Shown here: one piece after another, positions 1-12,670 of the stretch
Position numbering within the stretch: position 1 is the first letter of the stretch
How the letters are laid out: every line of letters starts with the position of its first letter
Source of the DNA: an uncultured delta proteobacterium
GTDB taxonomy: Bacteria > Myxococcota_A > Polyangia > Fen-1088
Reading direction: 5' to 3'
Assembly: GCA_963767925.1 (NCBI GenBank)
Contig: CAVYGB010000010.1
Location: 1,728,001-1,792,000, forward strand
Length of the DNA stretch: 64,000 nt
Made by a program: the position numbers and the translations under genes
Notes under the pieces: generated by a model
Database searches by the model: none
What the model was told of the DNA's origin: nothing
Seen by the model: the letters and a program-made list of their open reading frames with translations, nothing else

Positions 1-1079
1 TCGGCGTCGCCGGCGGGGAACTTCTTCGGATCGAGGTACCAGTCCCCCTCGGCGGTCTGCCAGCCGTCGTCGATGACCGCCCACTTGAACCCCAGCTCCG
101 CGGCCTTGCCGAGGGTGGCGACGATCTGGGCGGGGGTGAAGGTGCGGCCGTAGCCCCAGCCGCACCAGATGGGATCGGTCAGGCCAGCCACCGGCTCGGG
201 CAGGCCGAGGCCGAGGCGGGCCATCATCGTGCGGTATTCGGCCAGGGGGGCGAAGTAGTCGCCGCGGTGGACCGCCAGGAAGGTGCGCGGGGTCTGCAGG
301 CTGTCCCCGGGCTGCAGGACCCGGCCGACCTCACCCTCGATCGCGAGCTCGGCGCCGGCGCGATCGCGCTGGGCGACCGGCAGCGAGACGAGCTTCGGCG
401 TGCGCTCGAGGTGGCCGACCGCGAGGCCGACGTCCCGGCGCCACACGTCGGCGACCGGGGTGCCGCCGCCGTAGTCGGTGGCGTTCATCCCCATGTAGTT
501 GCGGCGGGAGGCGCCGGGGCGCAGCGGCAGCACCCAGTCGGGGCGGTTGGAGTAGGAGGCGCCCTGGTACGACCAGAAGGGAGGGTCGCTGCCGGGCGCG
601 GCGGCCAGGAAGCGACGCTCGATCCACCGGTCGATCCTCAGGCCTTGCTGCGACCCCGGCCTCGGCGCGGGCTTCGCGCCCGGCCGGCGAGCGGCGGCGG
701 GGGGCAAGACGGTGTAGCGGGTCTGGACCACCAGGACGGCGGGGAAGGCCTCGTAGGCGGTGAAGGCCAGCTCGCGGCGCAGCGTCGCCGCTTCGCCGAC
801 CACCTCGGTGCGCACGCCGGGCCCCAGCTCGTCGACGACCGGCCGCTGGCGGCTGCTCTTGAAGGCAAAATCGGTCACCGCCTTGCCCGCGACGATCACG
901 TGCTCCGCGGGGCGGTAGGGGCCGAGGGCCGTCTCGCCGTCGCCGAGGCGGGCCACCACCCGGCTGTGGCCGCGCTGGTCGAGCTGGACCCGGACCTGGC
1001 GCCCGTCGATCTGGGCGGCGGGCGGGGGCTCGGGACGGCGCGCGGCCAGGAGCAGCAGCAGAACCAGGGAGGGACCCAT
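1..1079 (-). CDS. alpha-galactosidase, glycoside hydrolase family 36-like (runs off window edge)
   Basis: Manual translation from ATG 1079 (TGATG overlap with upstream gene): hydrophobic signal MGPSLVLLLLL, later PIWCGWGYGRTF...AAELGFKWAVIDDGWQ...GDW, the GH36/27 DDGW motif; open to the window start. Confidence 0.8.
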   Translation of the reverse strand, partial: MGPSLVLLLLLAARRPEPPPAAQIDGRQVRVQLDQRGHSRVVARLGDGETALGPYRPAEHVIVAGKAVTDFAFKSSRQRPVVDELGPGVRTEVVGEAATLRRELAFTAYEAFPAVLVVQTRYTVLPPAAARRPGAKPAPRPGSQQGLRIDRWIERRFLAAAPGSDPPFWSYQGASYSNRPDWVLPLRPGASRRNYMGMNATDYGGGTPVADVWRRDVGLAVGHLERTPKLVSLPVAQRDRAGAELAIEGEVGRVLQPGDSLQTPRTFLAVHRGDYFAPLAEYRTMMARLGLGLPEPVAGLTDPIWCGWGYGRTFTPAQIVATLGKAAELGFKWAVIDDGWQTAEGDWYLDPKKFPAGDA

Positions 1080-1774
1080 CAGGCGTCCCCCCGCGGATCG
1101 GGTGGGAGGGGGCCCTCGGGGATGCCGCCCCAGACGCTGTCGCGGGCCAGGCGGCCGTTGATCCAGAGCTGCCGCTCGACCGCGAGCCGGTGCAGATCGA
1201 GCAGCGCCTCGGCCACCGCGGGGCCCTCGAGGAGGCCGAGCGCGTGGGCGATCGCCTCCAGCGTCGACAGCCGGCCCGGGCGCGGCTCGTGGCGCAGGCG
1301 GTAGGTCGAGACCAGGCCGGGCGGCAGGCAGGCGCAGGGGACGTCGCCGAGGCCTGGCACCCGCCGCCGCGCGCGGATGGCCTGCGACCAGGTCCCGTCG
1401 GGCACGATGAGGGTCACGGGCGGACCGTCGCGCCAGGCCGTCACCGGGACCGCCTCCTCGTGGGGGAACAGCAGCACCGGCCGGGCCGCCCGGGCCAGCC
1501 AGCCGGGCACCTGCCGCACGTCCCCCTCCCCCTGGCGGTCTCCCACCTCCGGCCCGCCGACGCCGTCGCGGCGGCCGCGCATCGCCAGCTCGCTGTTCGG
1601 CAGGCAGCGCAGGGCGAACCGCCCGGTGTTGGTCGGCTTGCGCGCCTCGAGCTGGTGCAACAGCAACACGAGCCTCGTCCGCGTCGCCAGCGTGACGAAC
1701 CAATCGCAGATGCAGACACTCCGATGCAGGCGACACCCGTCGCAGCGACGGGCCTCCCGATTTGCCCGGGCCAC
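1079..1774 (-). CDS. DTW-domain tRNA-uridine aminocarboxypropyltransferase (TapT/YfiP-like)
   Basis: N-terminal CxxC...CxC, HxxE..K.TNTG, LLFP, LIVPDGTW motif, LSTLEA. Confidence 0.9.
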   Translation of the reverse strand: MARANREARRCDGCRLHRSVCICDWFVTLATRTRLVLLLHQLEARKPTNTGRFALRCLPNSELAMRGRRDGVGGPEVGDRQGEGDVRQVPGWLARAARPVLLFPHEEAVPVTAWRDGPPVTLIVPDGTWSQAIRARRRVPGLGDVPCACLPPGLVSTYRLRHEPRPGRLSTLEAIAHALGLLEGPAVAEALLDLHRLAVERQLWINGRLARDSVWGGIPEGPLPPDPRGDA

Positions 1775-1942
1775 GGCGGCAGTCTACCCGATGAAGACGG
1801 GGGTCGATGCCCGGAGTGCCCCCTCCCGCCCCGGACAGCGACGCCCGAGCCGGTGGAGCTCGCCGGGGCGGCAGAGACGCAAAGGTCCTACAAAGTTATT
1901 TTCACAGCGTCAAAAAGGAACTATGCTTCCTTCATCCTCGCG

Positions 1943-2197
1943 ATGGGCCAGCGCCGCAGCTTCACCGCTCTGTTCCGCGGGTTCTCCCGCCAGGGCGCTG
2001 CTGCGGGCAGCGGGGTTGGCGCCCGCCCGGTGGACCCGATGCGCGACGATCCCTCCGCCGATTCGACCCGCGTCCATCCCCTCCGCCTGCCCTGCCGGAC
2101 CTGTCGCCGCGGCTCGATCTGGATGCTCGAGCCGGAGCGCTGGAAGCGCGCCCGGCGCGTCCCCTGCCCCGCCTGCGCGGGTACCGGCTACATCTGA
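1943..2197 (+). CDS. small putative zinc-ribbon protein
   Basis: CRTC...CPACAGTGY (DnaJ-like CxxCxGxG); alternative start at ATG 2039. Confidence 0.5.
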   Translation: MGQRRSFTALFRGFSRQGAAAGSGVGARPVDPMRDDPSADSTRVHPLRLPCRTCRRGSIWMLEPERWKRARRVPCPACAGTGYI

Positions 2198-3565
2198 TCA
2201 GTGGCGACGACCCCAGAGGTCGTCGTTCGCCGCCACCGAGGTAGCCGGCCGGTTGCGGCGGACCTTGGCCCGGCGGCCGGAGCGGGTGGCCTTGGCCGCC
2301 CCGGTGGTGGGCGCCGCCGGGGTGGCGGTGACCGTCGAGGTGGCCGGCGGCGCAACCGCCCGGGTGAGCGGCGTCAGCTTGATCAGCCGCTGCGCGGCCC
2401 GCGCGCTGGGAAAGCCGCCCGGATCGGCGGGCGCGCCGATGATCCTGGCCGCCGCCCGATCGGCCTGGCGCGCGCTCCGGGAGGTTGTCGGATCGACGAA
2501 CGGGAGCATGGTGACCGCCACCATGGCGGCACCGCCCGCCAGCATGAGCAGCTTCTTGCCGCCGCGGGTCCGGCGGTAGATGCGCAAGGTGGGCTCGCCG
2601 CTCTTGCGGGGCGGGCTGGCGACGACGATCTCGCCCGAGACGCTGTCCACCGGCGGCGGCGCCCACACGCAGGCCAGGGCGCACTGGCGCACGGCCTCTT
2701 GCATCTGGACGGCGTCGGCGAAGCGATTGGCCCGCTCGAAGGCCAGCGCCCGTTCCAGCAGCGCGGCCAGGTCGGGGTCGACCCCGACCTGGAACGTGGC
2801 GAAGGCGGGGACCGGCTTGGTGCCGGCGTCCACCAGCCGCTCGATCAGGCTGGGGGCGTCGTGCACGGGCCGTCCGGTCAACATGCGGTGGAGCGTGGCC
2901 CCCACCGCCCAGAGGTCGGTGCGGGCATCCATCTTCTCGACCTGGCCCAGCGCCTGCTCGGGCGCCATGAACCCGGGGGTGCCGAACAGGTCGTGGCTGC
3001 TGGCGCCGCGCCCGGCGGGGAAGATGCCGGTCACGCCGAAGTCGAGCAGCTTGACCTCGCCGCTGCGGGTGACGAACACGTTCTCCGGCTTGACGTCGCC
3101 GTGGAGGATCCCCGCCTGGTGGGCGGCGACCAGCACATCGAGGATGCCGTGGGTGATGGTCAGCGCCTCGGCGGGCGGAAGCGTCCCTTCCAGCCGGGCC
3201 AGGCGAGCGTGCAGGCCCTCGCCGTCGAGCAGCTCCATGATCAGGAAGACGGCGCCGTCTTCGGTGCGGCCGTCGTCGTAGATCCGCACCGCGCCCGGGT
3301 GGTCGATGGCGTTGGCCACGCAGGCCTCCTGCTCGAGGCGCGCCGCCAGGGTCCGGTCGGAGCAATGGCGGGCGTGTAGCACCTTGATCGCCACCCGGTG
3401 TCCGTTGCGGTGGGTGGCGGCGTAAACCGCCCCCATCCCGCCGACGCCGAGGACGGCGTCGAGCCGCCACTTCTTCTCGAGGACGCTGCCGATCCGGGCG
3501 CTCACCACCGACTCGATGTCCTCGAGATCGCCGCTGCTGTGCCGTGCTATTGCCATCGCCGTCAT
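2198..3565 (-). CDS. Hanks-type Ser/Thr protein kinase with C-terminal TM
   Basis: LGVGGMGAVY, VAIK, HGDVKPEN, DFG, GTPGFMAPE, DLWAVG. Confidence 0.95.
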   Translation of the reverse strand: MTAMAIARHSSGDLEDIESVVSARIGSVLEKKWRLDAVLGVGGMGAVYAATHRNGHRVAIKVLHARHCSDRTLAARLEQEACVANAIDHPGAVRIYDDGRTEDGAVFLIMELLDGEGLHARLARLEGTLPPAEALTITHGILDVLVAAHQAGILHGDVKPENVFVTRSGEVKLLDFGVTGIFPAGRGASSHDLFGTPGFMAPEQALGQVEKMDARTDLWAVGATLHRMLTGRPVHDAPSLIERLVDAGTKPVPAFATFQVGVDPDLAALLERALAFERANRFADAVQMQEAVRQCALACVWAPPPVDSVSGEIVVASPPRKSGEPTLRIYRRTRGGKKLLMLAGGAAMVAVTMLPFVDPTTSRSARQADRAAARIIGAPADPGGFPSARAAQRLIKLTPLTRAVAPPATSTVTATPAAPTTGAAKATRSGRRAKVRRNRPATSVAANDDLWGRRH

Positions 3566-3618
3566 GGTGTCTCTCCTTGCCTTCGCATTGCCGGGCTTCG
3601 CCACGCTCGCGCTTCCGG

Positions 3619-5025
3619 TCAGGGGCTGGGCGACCCTTCGATCGCCGTCGCCGTGAATCGCCCGTCCGCCGACGTCACCCCCCAGAGCTGTATCGATCCC
3701 GCCGGCGACCGCACGCCGGCGTCGTAGTCGAGGGTTCCCGAGGCGCCGCGCACGTCGACGCTCCGGCCAGCCCGGAAGGCGGCCAGGGCCGCTTGCCAGG
3801 ACGCGGGCACCATCGGCGTCGCCGCCCCGTTGCCCAGCCGGCGCAGGCCGCGGGCCATGCCGGGGCCCGCAACCTCGCGCTCCTGCAGGGCCGACCAGGC
3901 CGCGCCGTAGAGGGCCAGCCAGGCGGCGTCGTAGGCGTGGGCGGCGTAGCGCGCCTCGGTCGGATCCTCGCCGCCGTATTCGGCGCGATAGCCGGCCACG
4001 AAGCTGGCGAAGGTGGCGTCCCCCGGGTCGAGGGGGGCCAGACGGGTGCCGCGGATGCGCGGGAACAGCGCCGTCGCGACGCCGGCCGCCTCGAGCACGG
4101 TCGGGCTGGCGGCGGCCTCGGTCAGGAAGATCGTCCGCCGGTCGTAGCCCGGCTGCAGGCTGGCCGCCTGCAGGAACTTCACGATCCAGGTCGGCTGCGA
4201 GGAGATGAACAGCACCTCGCCGTCCTGCTCGGACGGCACGGCGGCGGTGGCCCCGGCGATGCCCAGGTCGGAGGAGACCGGTGCGATCTGCACGCTGCCG
4301 CCTCCCTCCTGCAGGCGATCCGCCACCAGGCGGGCCAGGTTCTCCCCGTAAAGGCCGGACTCCCGCAGCAGGTAGGCCCGCGCGACCCCGCGGGCGAGCA
4401 TGTCCTCGGCGATGGCCCGGGCCTGCAGCCCGTCTGCGGGGGCCGCCGTCCACAGCAGGCCGGGCTCGGCGTCGGAGACGTCGGGCTGGAGCTGAGCCAG
4501 GGCCTCGCTCGTCGCCGAGGGGGAGAGGATCATCGTCCCGGTCCCCTCGATGGCCGCCCACACCGCTTGCACCTCGAGCGAGCTGGCCGGCCCCAGGATG
4601 GCCGGAACCCGCAGCCGCTCGGCCAGCAGGCGCGCCCGCTCGACCGCCTGGCCGCCCTGGACGTCGCACATGACCACCCCGACCGGCCGGCCCTCGAGGC
4701 CGCCGCGGGCGTTGGCCTCCTGGAAGGCGAGCCGGATGGCCCGCTCCCGGATGACCTGGGTGGGGCTCGACCGGTCGGTCAGGCTGGCCAGCACGACCGA
4801 GTCGCGGTAGCGGACCGGATCGCCGAGCAGGTCGTCGGGGAACGATCGATCGCAGCCGGCCAGGGGGGCGGGTCCGCAGAAGCCCCCCTCCTGGCAGATG
4901 GCCCCGAACCCGAAGCTCGCCCTGCACTGACTGTCGGCCGTGCAGGGATCATGCTCGAACCGGGTGGCCGAGCAGCCGGCCGCCACCAGCAGGGTAGCGG
5001 CCAGGAGGTCAGAACGTCCCGACAA
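3619..5025 (-). CDS. type 1 periplasmic-binding-protein-fold lipoprotein (LivJ-like)
   Basis: Lipobox VAAGC, Cys-rich N-term, AIRLAFQEAN..GG, ILGPASS, SPSATS, AYDA, GASGTLDYD. Confidence 0.85.
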   Translation of the reverse strand: MSGRSDLLAATLLVAAGCSATRFEHDPCTADSQCRASFGFGAICQEGGFCGPAPLAGCDRSFPDDLLGDPVRYRDSVVLASLTDRSSPTQVIRERAIRLAFQEANARGGLEGRPVGVVMCDVQGGQAVERARLLAERLRVPAILGPASSLEVQAVWAAIEGTGTMILSPSATSEALAQLQPDVSDAEPGLLWTAAPADGLQARAIAEDMLARGVARAYLLRESGLYGENLARLVADRLQEGGGSVQIAPVSSDLGIAGATAAVPSEQDGEVLFISSQPTWIVKFLQAASLQPGYDRRTIFLTEAAASPTVLEAAGVATALFPRIRGTRLAPLDPGDATFASFVAGYRAEYGGEDPTEARYAAHAYDAAWLALYGAAWSALQEREVAGPGMARGLRRLGNGAATPMVPASWQAALAAFRAGRSVDVRGASGTLDYDAGVRSPAGSIQLWGVTSADGRFTATAIEGSPSP

Positions 5026-6145
5026 CCTGCACCTCTCCGCCCCCCCGACGGGGGCCGGCGAGCAACCGGGGGCCCGTGCCTTCGGCAGCGGTCCGCGGTC
5101 GGGCCAGATAGTAGGTGGCGGTTCCGGCCGCCGCCACGCCGGCGATCAGGCCCAGGTCGGCCAGCAGCGAACGCCGCCGGTCCTGCTCGATCGACGCCTC
5201 GGCGCTGGACCAGCAACGGGTGAGCCCCGCCAGCCGCGGGCAAGCGGTCCCGGCGTCGCGGCGGGCGGAGAGGGCCTGCAGCCCGAACACGGTGGCGGCC
5301 CCGGCCCCGGCCACGCCGACGCCGGCGAGGATCCATTCGCGGCGGGTCGCCCGTCCCAGCACCGATTCGACGGCGCCCCCGAACAGCGAGAGCTTGCCGG
5401 GCGAGGCGGCGGGCGCCGAGACCAGCGATTGGCCAGGAGACGGCGCCGGCAGCGCGGCGACCGCCTTCCCCGAGGGCCGCGCGCCGACGGTCGGGGGCGG
5501 GGCGACGGCGGGGGTGGTGGGATCCAGGGAGGGTCCCGGTTCGACCTCCAGCACGCGGGACTCCCCCTCGGACAGGATCATGTCGATCCGGCTCGGCCAG
5601 TGATCGGGGGTGGACACGATCACCACGTGGTGCCCCGGATCCACCGGGAAGGGCAGGCCGAAGCTGGCCTCACCCAGCACGACGCCGTCCCGCTCGACCC
5701 GGGTCGCGGCTGGCGCGCCGGGGGTCAACGACACCTGGATGCGGGGAACGATCTTCTCGAGCCGGCCGGCCCGGGCCAGCGCTTGCCGGCGGCGCCGGTC
5801 GCGGGCCGACATCTGATCGGCGGCCTGACGCCAGTGTTGCCAGGCGCTCGCGGTGCGGCCCAGCGCCTCCTCGCACTCGGCGAGGTTGGCCAGGGTGCCG
5901 ACGGCGGGGTCGAGGCGCAGGCTCTCGGCGAACTTGCCCCGGGCCGAGAAGATGTCGCCCTCCTTCAGCAGCCGGCGGCCCTCCTGAAACAGCGTCTCCG
6001 CCGCGACCGGATCGCTGGCGGGGGCGACCACGTCCTGATCAGCCTGTACGCAATCGGGCCACAGCAGGAGTCCGCAGCAAAGGCTGGCAAAGACCCCGAC
6101 GCAAACACGGGACCGGGCGGCGAATGATTTCCTTCTCGACTTCAT
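5009..6145 (-). CDS. myxobacterial TPR/PEGA-like exported protein
   Basis: AETLFQEGRRL...ESLRLDPAVGTLANLAECEEALGR TPR, PVDPGHH beta domain, C-terminal hydrophobic segments; start uncertain. Confidence 0.75.
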   Translation of the reverse strand: MKSRRKSFAARSRVCVGVFASLCCGLLLWPDCVQADQDVVAPASDPVAAETLFQEGRRLLKEGDIFSARGKFAESLRLDPAVGTLANLAECEEALGRTASAWQHWRQAADQMSARDRRRRQALARAGRLEKIVPRIQVSLTPGAPAATRVERDGVVLGEASFGLPFPVDPGHHVVIVSTPDHWPSRIDMILSEGESRVLEVEPGPSLDPTTPAVAPPPTVGARPSGKAVAALPAPSPGQSLVSAPAASPGKLSLFGGAVESVLGRATRREWILAGVGVAGAGAATVFGLQALSARRDAGTACPRLAGLTRCWSSAEASIEQDRRRSLLADLGLIAGVAAAGTATYYLARPRTAAEGTGPRLLAGPRRGGGEVQVVGTF

Positions 6146-7117
6146 GTTCTCACGTCAAATCGGTTCTGAAACTTACGCGGACAGAGCTATGCCCATCTCG
6201 AAACAAAATTGAAACAACCGAGCGGGCCTCCTGCTTACTTCTCGAACGTCACTTCGGCCGTCGCGTCGCGGTCATCTCTTTGTTGTCGCCCTCGAGCGCT
6301 CCTCACACCGTTTTTTCGGCGCGGATTGCTTCGACGACCACAGCCGGACCACGTCGATACACCCAACCCTGCTGCGCGCTTAAGACTTAGGAGTGGCGCA
6401 AGCAGAACAACCGGAATGAAACAGGGACCCTCGAATCAACCAACGCGGCAAACGAGGACAGGGGCTCCGACCTCGTCCGGGCGCCGTCGAGGACGGCAGC
6501 GACGGATGTGACCTCTGCACCTGGTTTGATCGCGTGGAGTAGTAGCAGGCACCAAATCGCCCACGCGGGATTCTTTGTCAAGCTCGCATCCGCCGCGACC
6601 CGGCTGTTTACAGCCGCACCCTGATCGAATGCAGGCCACCGTCGGTGGCGACCGCGTGATCGGGGCGCCGTCGCGCCCGTTTTTGGCGACGAATCTCCTC
6701 GTGCGCGCTCCGAGAGCCGGGAGATCCGGAATTCGAATCTGAAAATTTCTCAAACTCGCGGGCCACGATCGCACGGGAGCGGTGGCGATCGATCCACGGA
6801 GACGCGCGGAGACGATCGAAACGGCGGAGGAGACGAGGGCGAGGGCAGGCGCGAGACATCGATCGAAAGAAGAAAAAAAGATGATGAAGAGGAGAGCGTC
6901 CGGAGCGAGCGTCAGCCGCGCGCGCCCGACCTCGACTCGCCCCCTTTGCAGCCCGCCGCTGGATCTGGCACCTGCCGATCGGCGTCGAAAAAGGTGACAG
7001 AACGGACGGCGCTTCACGGTGCATCCAGGGCTCGCGACAAGCCCGGGCGGCGGCGCGCGCGGTCCGAGCGAAATCCCGATCGCTGCAAAACGACTGAGGT
7101 TTTCCCGCCCGCGGACG

Positions 7118-7172
7118 CTGATGGCAAGTCTGATGAGCAAGTCTGATGAGACGTCTGATGAGACGTCTGATC
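7118..7172 (+). repeat. five direct repeats of CTGAT(G) at 12-13 bp period upstream of uvrA
   Basis: CTGATG at 7118, 7130, 7143, 7155 and CTGATC at 7167. Confidence 0.85.
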
Positions 7173-7308
7173 CCGAACGACAGGATTCGTTCCGCTACGC
7201 GCGGTGGGTATTACAACATCGATGTAGGTCGATCTGGTAGCGTGAGGGATTGGGTCCGTAGGTGCGACCGCCTCCGTAGGGCCACTTGAGCCCGGGACCT
7301 GCCGTGGG

Positions 7309-10173
<2,865 letters not shown>

Positions 10174-10282
10174 ACGGGCACTGCCCCTGGTCGAGCGGAC
10201 GCCGTCGGCGTCGGCTCCCGGGGTGACGAGCGCGGGGGCGGGGGGTCTGGCCCGGAGCGAAGGGCGGCGGCCACGCCGGAGG

Positions 10283-10342
10283 CCCCTCACCCGGCGCGCG
10301 GACGCGCCGACCCCTCACCCGGCAGACCGCGGGGAGAGGTGA
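10283..10342. repeat. REP-like palindromic repeat (CCCCTCACCC...GGGGAGAGG family), divergent copy
   Basis: Shares CCCCTCACCC and GCGGGGAGAGG motifs with copies at 16237 and 25389. Confidence 0.55.
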
Positions 10343-10558
10343 TGGATCAGGCGCCCGGCGGACGAGGGGATGCCTCGGGCGGCCCGGGGAGGTGACCACG
10401 CTGCGGTTGACCGGGCCGCGGCGCTGCTTGCGGCCGAGGTGGCTGGGTGGCCGGGTGGGTGGGGTGGGTGTCAGGTGGGTGTGGAGAGGCTTTATTCGTA
10501 GGGGGCGGAGAGCGGGGGGCGCTTGGGGGCGGGGAAATGGTGATATTCTGGTGGGGCC

Positions 10559-11879
10559 ATGGCACCTGTCAGCTCTGCGCTTCTGGGTAAGATCAACGAG
10601 CGTTCGGCGACCGTTGCGGTCGTGGGCGCTGGCTATGTCGGCCTGCCGCTGGCCGTCGAGACGGCGGGGGCGGGTTACGTCACCGTCGCCTTCGACAAGA
10701 TGGCGGGCAAGGTCGACTCCATCAACGCGGGGAAGTCGTACATCGACGACGTCCCGACCTCCTTGCTCGAGCCGCTGGTGCGGGGAAAGAAGCTCTCGGC
10801 TTCGACCGACCCCGACGTGCTGGAGAAGGCGGACGCCATCATCATCTGCGTCCCCACGCCCCTCAACAAGACGAAGGACCCGGACAACTCCTACATCCTC
10901 GACGCCGCCGACCTGCTGGTGTCGCGCATGCGCTCGCAGCAGCTCGTGCGTGCTGGAGAGCACGACCTTCCCCGGGTTCACCCGCGAGGTGCTGCTGCCC
11001 CGCCTGGCCACCTCCCGCCTGCAGCTCGACCAGGACTTCTTCGTGGCCTTCTCCCCGGAGCGGGTCGACCCGGGCAACCCCAAGTACCACACGAAGAACA
11101 CCCCCAAGGTGATCGGCGGGGCGGGGCCGAGCAGCCTCGAGCACGCGGTGGCCCTCTACAGCAAGTTCATCGAGCGGGTCATCCCGGTCTCCTCGACCGA
11201 TACGGCCGAGATGGTCAAGCTGCTCGAGAACACCTTCCGGGCGGTCAACATCGGCCTGGTCAACGAGGTGGCCATCATGTGCGGGCGCCTGGGGCTCGAC
11301 ACCTGGGAGGTCATCGAGGCCGCCGCCACCAAGCCCTTCGGCTTCATGCCGTTTTACCCGGGTCCGGGGCTCGGCGGGCATTGCATCCCCATCGATCCGC
11401 TCTACCTTTCCTGGAAGCTCAAGACCCTCAAGTACAACGCCCGCTTCATCGCCCTGGCCGACGAGATCAACTCGGGCATGCCCGAGCTGGTGGTGGTCAA
11501 GGTGTCCGACGCCCTCAACGAACGGGGCCGGTCGGTCAAGGGCTCCAAGGTCCTCGTGGTTGGCGTCACGTACAAGAAGGACATCGACGACGTGCGGGAG
11601 TCCCCTGCCCTCGACATCATCAAGCTGCTCGAGACCCGGGGGGCCCGGGTCGCCTACCACGACAAACATGTCTCCCCGGGGGCCATGAAACACGAGGGGC
11701 TCGACACCCCCTCGGCCACCCTCGACGGGATCGAGGACTTCGACTGCGTGGTGATCGCCACCAACCACAGCCACCTCGACTACGAGAACCTGACCAAGCG
11801 GGCGACGCTGGTGGTGGACACGCGCAACGCCACCAAGGACCTGCGCCGGAGCTACCCGGACAAGGTCGTTTGTCTGTAG
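10559..11879 (+). CDS. nucleotide-sugar (UDP-GlcNAc/ManNAc) 6-dehydrogenase, frameshift near 10948
   Basis: VVGAGYVGLP, ICVPTP, LESTT, FSPER.DPG, KLLENTFR, GLGGHCIPIDP, DVRESP. Confidence 0.93.
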
Positions 11880-12009
11880 GCGGCGGCCACCCCGGCCAGA
11901 CCCAGGGCGGACCCGTGGTCAACGAGAAATCCTCGAAAAACGGCCGAAAAAATCGGCTCTCGGGGGCATCCTCGGTCCCCCCGAGCCGCGCGGGCGCCTC
12001 GGGGCGGCC

Positions 12010-12029
12010 TGTGGAAAAGCTGTGGACAG
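12010..12029. promoter_or_regulatory. pair of DnaA-box-like sites upstream of HU gene
   Basis: TGTGGAAAA (reverse complement TTTTCCACA, fits TTWTNCACA) and TGTGGACAG, 11 bp apart. Confidence 0.4.
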
Positions 12030-12285
12030 ACGCGGGCGCGGGGGCACGAACAATCAGCGAGCGCGGGCTGCAGAACGGCTCGCCGGCAGGGTCGAAGTGA
12101 AGACCAAAGTGGCTATCAAGAAGGGCAGGAAGATGGCTCGATCAGCACAGACAGCGAAGTCGAAACGGAGCGCTCCGGGAAAACCTCCGAAAAAGTCCGA
12201 GAAACGGCCACCTTTTCGAGCACCGTCGGAAAAGAGATCGGGTAAAGTGGCGGACGTTTCGAACCACATTCCCAAAGGAGCGACG

Positions 12286-12597
12286 ATGCCCAAAGGTCCA
12301 CTTTCCAAGTCTGCCCTCGTCCAGACCCTCGCCGACCGCTACTCCGACAAGCTTTCCCGAAAGGACGTGAAGACCTTACTGGAGTCGATCGTTCAGCTGG
12401 GCCACGCCGAGCTCAAGAAGAACGGCATCTTCGTGCTCCCCGGCCTGGTCCGCATGGTCGTCGTGAAGAAGCCCGCCACCAAGGAGCGCAAGGGGATCAA
12501 CCCCTTCACCGGCGAGCCCACCGTGTTCAAGGCCAAGCCGGCGCGCAAGGTGATCAAGGCCCGCCCGGTCAAGGCCGCCAAGGACGCGATCGGCTAG
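12286..12597 (+). CDS. HU-family DNA-binding protein
   Basis: AAGGAG RBS; LSKS.L...LSRKDV...KPATKERKGINPFTGE...KAKPARKVIKARP. Confidence 0.95.
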   Translation: MPKGPLSKSALVQTLADRYSDKLSRKDVKTLLESIVQLGHAELKKNGIFVLPGLVRMVVVKKPATKERKGINPFTGEPTVFKAKPARKVIKARPVKAAKDAIG

Positions 12598-12670
12598 CGG
12601 ATCCGGCGACCGCCGGGGACCCGCTGGCCGAGGCCGGCGACTGTAGACCGGCGGTCACCTCCAACCGACC

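Noticed and set aside
7118..7172. Hammerhead ribozyme (CUGAUGA core) or mini-CRISPR
   Set aside because: Cores are tandem with no flanking stems or GAAA partner; units are too short, with no unique spacers and no cas genes
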